Shown here in pieces: positions 26,762 through 32,000 of a stretch of DNA of 32,000 nt (positions within the stretch are counted from its first letter, which is position 1; each line of letters begins with the position of its first letter). This DNA comes from Aeropyrum pernix K1 (GTDB lineage: Archaea > Thermoproteota > Thermoprotei_A > Sulfolobales > Acidilobaceae). The stretch covers positions 750,001 to 782,000 of the forward strand of contig NC_000854.2 in assembly GCF_000011125.1 (NCBI RefSeq), read 5' to 3'. The translations under genes were made by a program, and so were the position numbers. The notes below the pieces were generated by a model. That model did no database searches, was not told the origin of the DNA, and worked only from the letters and a program-made list of their open reading frames with translations.

Positions 26762-27886
26762 TCAGCCCCCGCTCTCCCATACCATGGCGAGCCCTTCAGC
26801 GAGCCTATCAAGCTGTTTGGCGAGATACCTGGCCTCCTGCGACTTATCATCGTTCAGTAGGCTGAGTATTTCCCTGAGTATACCGTATAGAGCATACTCG
26901 TTTCCAACCTCGAAGGATAAGGTTAGGGCAATTCTATGTAGAAGGCCGGGGTCCCTTCTTGCTATGAAATCAATAAGCCTCGGCCAGGACGCCATGTGAT
27001 ACTTTATTATCGCTATGCTAGTTAGGAGAACGCCAGGCAGGCGACCCACATCTACAACTCTAAACGTGTTGTTATCGACGCTGAACTCTCCGTACAGCAC
27101 TTCGAAATGGGAGCTACTGCTTAAAAGAGTCTCACCCAAAGAAAGTACGTAGAGTGATAATCCAGGCCCGGTAAGACTGTTCCTATAACGCAATATAGCG
27201 GGCATCCAAATGGAAGCTGCTTCGAATGACTGAGAGAGGGCCAGGACGTCCTCCAGGCTGGCGTGATGCGGAGATAATGTCACTACTTTGCTTTCACCAT
27301 CCTTCTGATACGTATACGAACCGTAGTGGAAGCCCAGCACACTCAAAAAATAGCAGTACGGGCATACTACATACGGCTTTTCCGTTAACCTACGTGGCTT
27401 TAAACTCCACGTGTAGAACTTACCGTACAAGGGTCCCAAAGGTAGTACGAGGGTAACAAGACCCTTCTTCCTCCCTCGAAATTCCCCTTGAAGCTTCTTG
27501 TGCCCTGGGCTAACATATTTCTCAAGTATATTGGCGTCATTGGATAGAATTTTAGCCGCAACTCTAATTCTGAGATTGTTTAAAATACTTTCTCCAACTT
27601 TAGATCCACGTGCTAGCCGATAAAGATCTGAATAGAAAGTGCCTTCATCGCCAAGAAATACTTGTTGCTGTTCTTCCTGTAGAAGCCTGAGGGCAAGCCG
27701 GATGCTCTCTGGTAGTTGACTCACGGGATGGCAATTATCAGCATCTACTTTTACCACATATCTTTCGCCGACCCTCTCTACCTCGCCACTCACTTTACCC
27801 GACCAAGCCAGTAGCCTTGCAATACCATATAGTATGAGGGTGTCCGTGTAGAGGTTGTGGCCAGGGGTGTAGAGTATACAAACCAT
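26762..27886 (-). CDS. cas8a: Putative type I-A large subunit, Cas8a2/Csa4-like
   Basis: Position between cas3'' and cas6 as in type I-A operons; N-terminal 'GHNLYTDTLILYGIARLLAWSGKVS' and internal 'PYVVCPYCYFLSVLGFHYG'. Mostly contextual. Confidence 0.65.
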   Translation of the reverse strand: MVCILYTPGHNLYTDTLILYGIARLLAWSGKVSGEVERVGERYVVKVDADNCHPVSQLPESIRLALRLLQEEQQQVFLGDEGTFYSDLYRLARGSKVGESILNNLRIRVAAKILSNDANILEKYVSPGHKKLQGEFRGRKKGLVTLVLPLGPLYGKFYTWSLKPRRLTEKPYVVCPYCYFLSVLGFHYGSYTYQKDGESKVVTLSPHHASLEDVLALSQSFEAASIWMPAILRYRNSLTGPGLSLYVLSLGETLLSSSSHFEVLYGEFSVDNNTFRVVDVGRLPGVLLTSIAIIKYHMASWPRLIDFIARRDPGLLHRIALTLSFEVGNEYALYGILREILSLLNDDKSQEARYLAKQLDRLAEGLAMVWESGG

Positions 27887-27899
27887 GATTACACCCCAA

Positions 27900-28748
27900 T
27901 TACGAGAGACACGGCTCAGCCGGCTCCTGGCTGTCTCTTCCTAAAGCCCTCTTGACTATCCACGTCCCCCCATCTCCATTACACCTCTTCCTACCTTCGT
28001 TTGCCGCTATGCTGTCAGCCACGACTAGTGGGTGTAGAATCCCTGCTACCCTAGCGCGGGCGGATAGCCTGGATAATGTGTCGCCTGAAAGGGAGTATGC
28101 CTTTAGCCGACCTAACGCAATAAGGACCTCTTTGCGGGACGGTGGGCTCCCTGAGAGGATTTTAAGTACGTCAACTACTGCATCACCAACAGCACCCATA
28201 TTCTTTACAGTCCTGGCTAGCCTCTCAAGCCCCCATAGTTCTCCATCATAATAATCTTCTAGCATTAGGCTAGCCACTGAAAGCGTGACGAACCTTTCAC
28301 CCAACTCCCCTGCAAGGACGCCCATGGAAATCGATTCGTGATGCATCATAACGGCGAGGGGGACCTCGAAAACGTAAAGACCTCTGTCATTCCGGCCTAT
28401 GCCCGCCATATCCGCCGCCTTTTCTATAGCTAGTAGGGATAGAGCCCCGCTCACTAGCTCGTGCCTATACTGAACTCGCCCGCGCATTATGCGCTTCTTC
28501 TGATAAGCTGGAACAGCTTTCCCAATATCATGTAATACGATGGCAACCGCCACGGGATCTCCCAAAACACTGGCTAGGGTTTGTGATCCCTGACTATAGA
28601 TGATCCTATTAACAGCGCTAGAATAACATTTCTTCAGCCTCCCCAGCCACACTTCCAAAGACCGCTGAACATGTTCCTCCAGCGTCTCACAGCACTCATG
28701 CTCGCCAGTAGCTTTCCGAATTATGTAGGCGCAGGCCACCCTACTCAT
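27900..28748 (-). CDS. cas3'': Cas3'' HD-domain nuclease
   Basis: 'VAIVLHDIGKAVPAYQKK', 'YRHELVSGALSLL', 'VPLAVMMHHESISMG', 'HPLVVADSIAANEG'. Confidence 0.92.
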   Translation of the reverse strand: MSRVACAYIIRKATGEHECCETLEEHVQRSLEVWLGRLKKCYSSAVNRIIYSQGSQTLASVLGDPVAVAIVLHDIGKAVPAYQKKRIMRGRVQYRHELVSGALSLLAIEKAADMAGIGRNDRGLYVFEVPLAVMMHHESISMGVLAGELGERFVTLSVASLMLEDYYDGELWGLERLARTVKNMGAVGDAVVDVLKILSGSPPSRKEVLIALGRLKAYSLSGDTLSRLSARARVAGILHPLVVADSIAANEGRKRCNGDGGTWIVKRALGRDSQEPAEPCLS

Positions 28749-30457
28749 GATTTACCCCCCACTCTAGGCCTTCCCCCGACAAGTGGCGATACTAGAAGCC
28801 CCTCTTCATCATTGTAGACATATTCTGGATTCTCAAGGCAGACTACGAGCGTGGAACCAGGCTTTGGTCTCTGCGAAGCTCGAATTAGCCTCCGGCCACC
28901 AGGTCCACTCCGTACCTCGTAAACCTCCTTCGCCTTACTCAATAATCTAGTAAGCCTGTCCCAACCCGAGGTCCTCTCGTTTGCAGAGAGAGGTATTGAT
29001 AGTCTAACTAGGTGCTCTTCCCACTCGGGCTCCCACTCTCTACCGTCTCCCACAATGTCACAGGGGAGTATTGCTATGTCTATGAAAGCTGAAGGACGGA
29101 AGTACAAGTCGTCGTTAGGCGGGTATGAAAGGGGGGCGAGGCTCTCAAGGTATGCGAGGGCTCGGAGCATTAGCTTGTCTCCAAGCCTTGCTAGCGAGTC
29201 TACCACATCTCTTTCATATACTGTATTAACTAGATCCGAGGAGGTCCTAATACTTGGTGTGTAGGTTCCAGCCAGCTGATCCATTATCTCCTTGCTTTTT
29301 AAGTACAGCTTTTCGGGATATGGATGGTGGGTTTCGGCGTTGTAAATGATTGCGTAACCACGGCCACGCCTCCTACCTATCCTGCCTAGCCTCTGTATGA
29401 CAGAATCTATGGGAGCCGTCTCAGTATAGAGCGCTTCGAAATCAAGGTCTACCCCAACTTCTAGGACTTGAGTGGCTACAGCTATAACGCCATTATCTTG
29501 CTCTTTAAGTAGCTTTTGTAGCAACTCTATCTTGCTGTTCTTGTCTCTACGTTTGAAAAGCGAATGCAACAAAAGTACCTTCGAGTTGCTGCATCTTGTC
29601 TTCAGTGATTTGTAGACTCTTATCGACTTTGAGACAGTGTTTACTAGGACAAGCCCCTTAACGTTGCAATCTACATCATCTGGCTCTAGACTATTATTCT
29701 TCACTTCTACATCTATCTTGGGAGATAATACAGTATGATCTAGCTCAACCTCTTCAACTCGCCAATCACCAAGCTTCTCCCTTATAACCGTTTTATAATA
29801 GCTTGGTAGTGTGGCGGAGGAGACAACGATTAATCCACCTGCTCTGGCTAGTGCAGCTACAACGAGTGAAAGAAGCCTGGGGCTAAGGAACACCTCGTCC
29901 TGCACAAGGTGGGCCTCGTCGAAAACAGTATAACTAGTAGCCTGCAGACCCACGGGCATCGAGAACCTGCCTGTCTCAACACCTTCATGCGTTAGAATCC
30001 GGTAGACTCTGGAGGCGGCGAAACCGTAGAAGTACGTGTCCGGCGTGGTCACGGTGATGGGAGCAGTATATAGGAAAGTAGGCTGTACCGTCTCACCATG
30101 ATCTTCAGAAACTCCCAAAGTCTCTATAGAGGTCTTAAGCCTGTCAACCATGGCTTTTATTAGGGAGTGCATAGGCTCAACAAGGAACCCCCGGGCCGCA
30201 ATAGGCCTTTTACTGGCAAAGCTAGCCAGTAAGGGTGCCATGAACACCTCTGTTTTCCCGGCCCCAGTAGGGGCCCCAAGAAAGACAACACCTCCTGGAC
30301 TTTCATATGCTATCCTGCAAATCTCCTCGGCGGCCTTAGCCTGGCTGTTTAGTAGAGCTTCGTTAACAGCCTTCTTAGCACCTTCCACATGGATCCGTCT
30401 CTTCACCATCTTCAAGATTGTCTTTTTGAGGACGTTAGGCTGGCATCCATATTCCAT
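28745..30457 (-). CDS. cas3': Cas3' superfamily 2 helicase
   Basis: 'GVVFLGAPTGAGKTEVF' (Walker A), 'YTVFDEAHLVQDE' (DEAH), 'VVSSATLPSYY', 'IAVATQVLEVGVDLDFEALYTETAPIDSVIQRLGRIGRRRG'. ATGA overlap with cas3''. Start uncertain. Confidence 0.94.
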   Translation of the reverse strand: MEYGCQPNVLKKTILKMVKRRIHVEGAKKAVNEALLNSQAKAAEEICRIAYESPGGVVFLGAPTGAGKTEVFMAPLLASFASKRPIAARGFLVEPMHSLIKAMVDRLKTSIETLGVSEDHGETVQPTFLYTAPITVTTPDTYFYGFAASRVYRILTHEGVETGRFSMPVGLQATSYTVFDEAHLVQDEVFLSPRLLSLVVAALARAGGLIVVSSATLPSYYKTVIREKLGDWRVEEVELDHTVLSPKIDVEVKNNSLEPDDVDCNVKGLVLVNTVSKSIRVYKSLKTRCSNSKVLLLHSLFKRRDKNSKIELLQKLLKEQDNGVIAVATQVLEVGVDLDFEALYTETAPIDSVIQRLGRIGRRRGRGYAIIYNAETHHPYPEKLYLKSKEIMDQLAGTYTPSIRTSSDLVNTVYERDVVDSLARLGDKLMLRALAYLESLAPLSYPPNDDLYFRPSAFIDIAILPCDIVGDGREWEPEWEEHLVRLSIPLSANERTSGWDRLTRLLSKAKEVYEVRSGPGGRRLIRASQRPKPGSTLVVCLENPEYVYNDEEGLLVSPLVGGRPRVGGKS

Positions 30458-31322
30458 AGCCGGACACCTCGTGGAAGCTCTCGTGCACAGCTACATTAAT
30501 CCTCCCGTCGATCCCCTCAACGCTGCATCCGTATACCGAGCCTTCAACTTCTATCTCCGAATAGACTAGAACGTAGCCGCGTTCTACAGCCTCTTTTTTC
30601 ACTGGCATTGCTATAGCAATGGCCTCGCTTCTCCGAGTTCTGCCAGTACGTCCTGCACGAGCTGGGGCATATACGACGGTGAAGCTCCCTCCAACAGCAC
30701 TGTCTAAAGCTACGGGAGTATTGACCGACTTAGACCTAAACTCGGCCAGCTGGCATCTCCCAACAGGGCGTGCGGATACTAGTGATTCGCTGTCTCCTAG
30801 ACGATCTATGTACCATAGGGCCTTCTCAATTCTGTTAGCATTATCTCTGCCCCGAGCGACAAATACAGCATACACTGGATTATAAGGTGTTATATAGCCT
30901 CGTAATAAGGCATCACTTATTCTACTTAACTCGTCTAAAACTCTATTACCCCTATTCTCCCTTGTCGAGCCCTCTTCTGAATCCGGTTCTAAAACTTTCC
31001 GGAGCCTCCGGAGCACAACCTCCCACTCTACCCCCAGTATTTGGCCTGGCTTTGATAGTGGTGCAGCCGCCTTGACAATCCTGCCAGTCTTCTTTATACA
31101 CGACTGGCTCGCTATCCCGCCGGTGCATGAGCCCAGTAGTGATGCACCCCTCATGAGACCCCCTAGAAGTGTTGAAGGCAGTGGAAGGGGTAGGGGTGAT
31201 GCCACCTGATAAGACTCAGGATTTTTTACAGAAAAAGCTGGGGTGGCTAGCTCGGCCACTACCACCCAGTCTCCAGGCCTCACGGTATCCGATAAGGATC
31301 CGTTGCCGTCAGTTATTGACAT
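30435..31322 (-). CDS. cas5: Cas5 (type I-A/RAMP superfamily) Cascade subunit
   Basis: 'VVAELATPAFSVKNPESYQVASPLPLPLPSTLLGGLMRGAS' is the classic Cas5 N-terminal signature. ORF opens at 31349; 'MSITDG' at 31322 is an alternative start. Confidence 0.88.
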   Translation of the reverse strand: MSITDGNGSLSDTVRPGDWVVVAELATPAFSVKNPESYQVASPLPLPLPSTLLGGLMRGASLLGSCTGGIASQSCIKKTGRIVKAAAPLSKPGQILGVEWEVVLRRLRKVLEPDSEEGSTRENRGNRVLDELSRISDALLRGYITPYNPVYAVFVARGRDNANRIEKALWYIDRLGDSESLVSARPVGRCQLAEFRSKSVNTPVALDSAVGGSFTVVYAPARAGRTGRTRRSEAIAIAMPVKKEAVERGYVLVYSEIEVEGSVYGCSVEGIDGRINVAVHESFHEVSGYGIWMPA

Positions 31323-31329
31323 ACTAGCT

Positions 31330-32000
31330 CTACGCTTCCTTCCCACCATAACCTCCCACCAGCTCGGAGGCGTGATCTGCAGCTTCCTTGAGTAGGGTTC
31401 CCAGGTCCCTATACTCCTTAATCTTCAGCTTGTCGGACCCATATCCACCACAGATGCCCTCAGGATAGCAGTGTAGAATACAGCTAGCACCGTCACCGAG
31501 AGACTCGGTTACACTCTTGAGTAGACTAGCTGTCTTCTCAACATAGTTCTCATACGAACCGTGGACAGCGTTGGGAACTGGTTTGTTACACACAGCCACA
31601 ACAAGCTCTTCGACCATAGCTATGGGAAGGGCTCTGGCTTGTTTACTAGCCGCTCCTCCTAGGAGGTAGGCAAGGGCTAATAGAGAGGCTCTCGCTCTCC
31701 TCATCCTCTCCTCTTCATCGCAAGCACTTCCACCCTCTTCGGATTCGTAGAGTGGCCTGCACAGGTATTCAAGGTCGAAAGAGGCTGAAATACCGTAGAG
31801 TCCGGAGGAGTACTCCTGCTTGAACACCATCATTTCTGTTGCGCCAGTCTCCTGGCTATTTGACTCTTCCCCAGCTCTGCGGCGCTGTAACGGGTCTACC
31901 CTATTATGGGTTACCGAGAACTTCTCTATGTTCTCCAATACCTCGTTGTTAAGAACTGGTATTGCGAAGCTAAACCTGGCAAGGCTATCCCTTTTCAACT
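31330..32000 (-). CDS. cas7: Cas7 (Csa2/DevR-like) Cascade backbone subunit, C-terminal portion; truncated by the right window edge
   Basis: 'RFSFAIPVLNNEVLENIEKFSVTHNRVDPL', 'MMVFKQEYSSGLYGISASFDLEYL' and position upstream of cas5. The apparent start at 31998 is probably internal. Confidence 0.8.
   Translation of the reverse strand, partial: LKRDSLARFSFAIPVLNNEVLENIEKFSVTHNRVDPLQRRRAGEESNSQETGATEMMVFKQEYSSGLYGISASFDLEYLCRPLYESEEGGSACDEEERMRRARASLLALAYLLGGAASKQARALPIAMVEELVVAVCNKPVPNAVHGSYENYVEKTASLLKSVTESLGDGASCILHCYPEGICGGYGSDKLKIKEYRDLGTLLKEAADHASELVGGYGGKEA

Overview
GC-rich hyperthermophilic archaeal chromosome segment. It looks like a Desulfurococcales/Aeropyrum-type genome; this is an inference from protein character and TATA-box/start-codon style, with no search run. 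Left to right: (1) a left-truncated TauE/SafE-type permease and ATP sulfurylase, then a convergent type I phosphodiesterase; (2) an amino-sugar nucleotide cluster (GlmU-like bifunctional protein, GlmS, second beta-helix nucleotidyltransferase); (3) an AT-richer accessory island (~7.8-14.1 kb) with two uncharacterised helical proteins, a VapBC-like pair lodged inside a decayed acyl-CoA dehydrogenase gene, and a winged-helix regulator; (4) a giant secreted subtilase followed by a secreted coiled-coil stalk protein with a C-terminal membrane anchor, a candidate S-layer protease/stalk pair; (5) two membrane proteins and a protein fusing 23 uninterrupted heptads to a PD-(D/E)XK-like domain; (6) a cystathionine beta-synthase-like / gamma-lyase-like pair; (7) a minus-strand type I-A-like CRISPR interference module (cas7-cas5-cas3'-cas3''-cas8a-like-cas6), with cas7 running off the right edge and no array in the window. 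The items most worth follow-up are the protease/stalk pair, the heptad-nuclease protein, the related accessory proteins around the broken dehydrogenase, and the inverted repeat over the start of the sulfur amino-acid operon.
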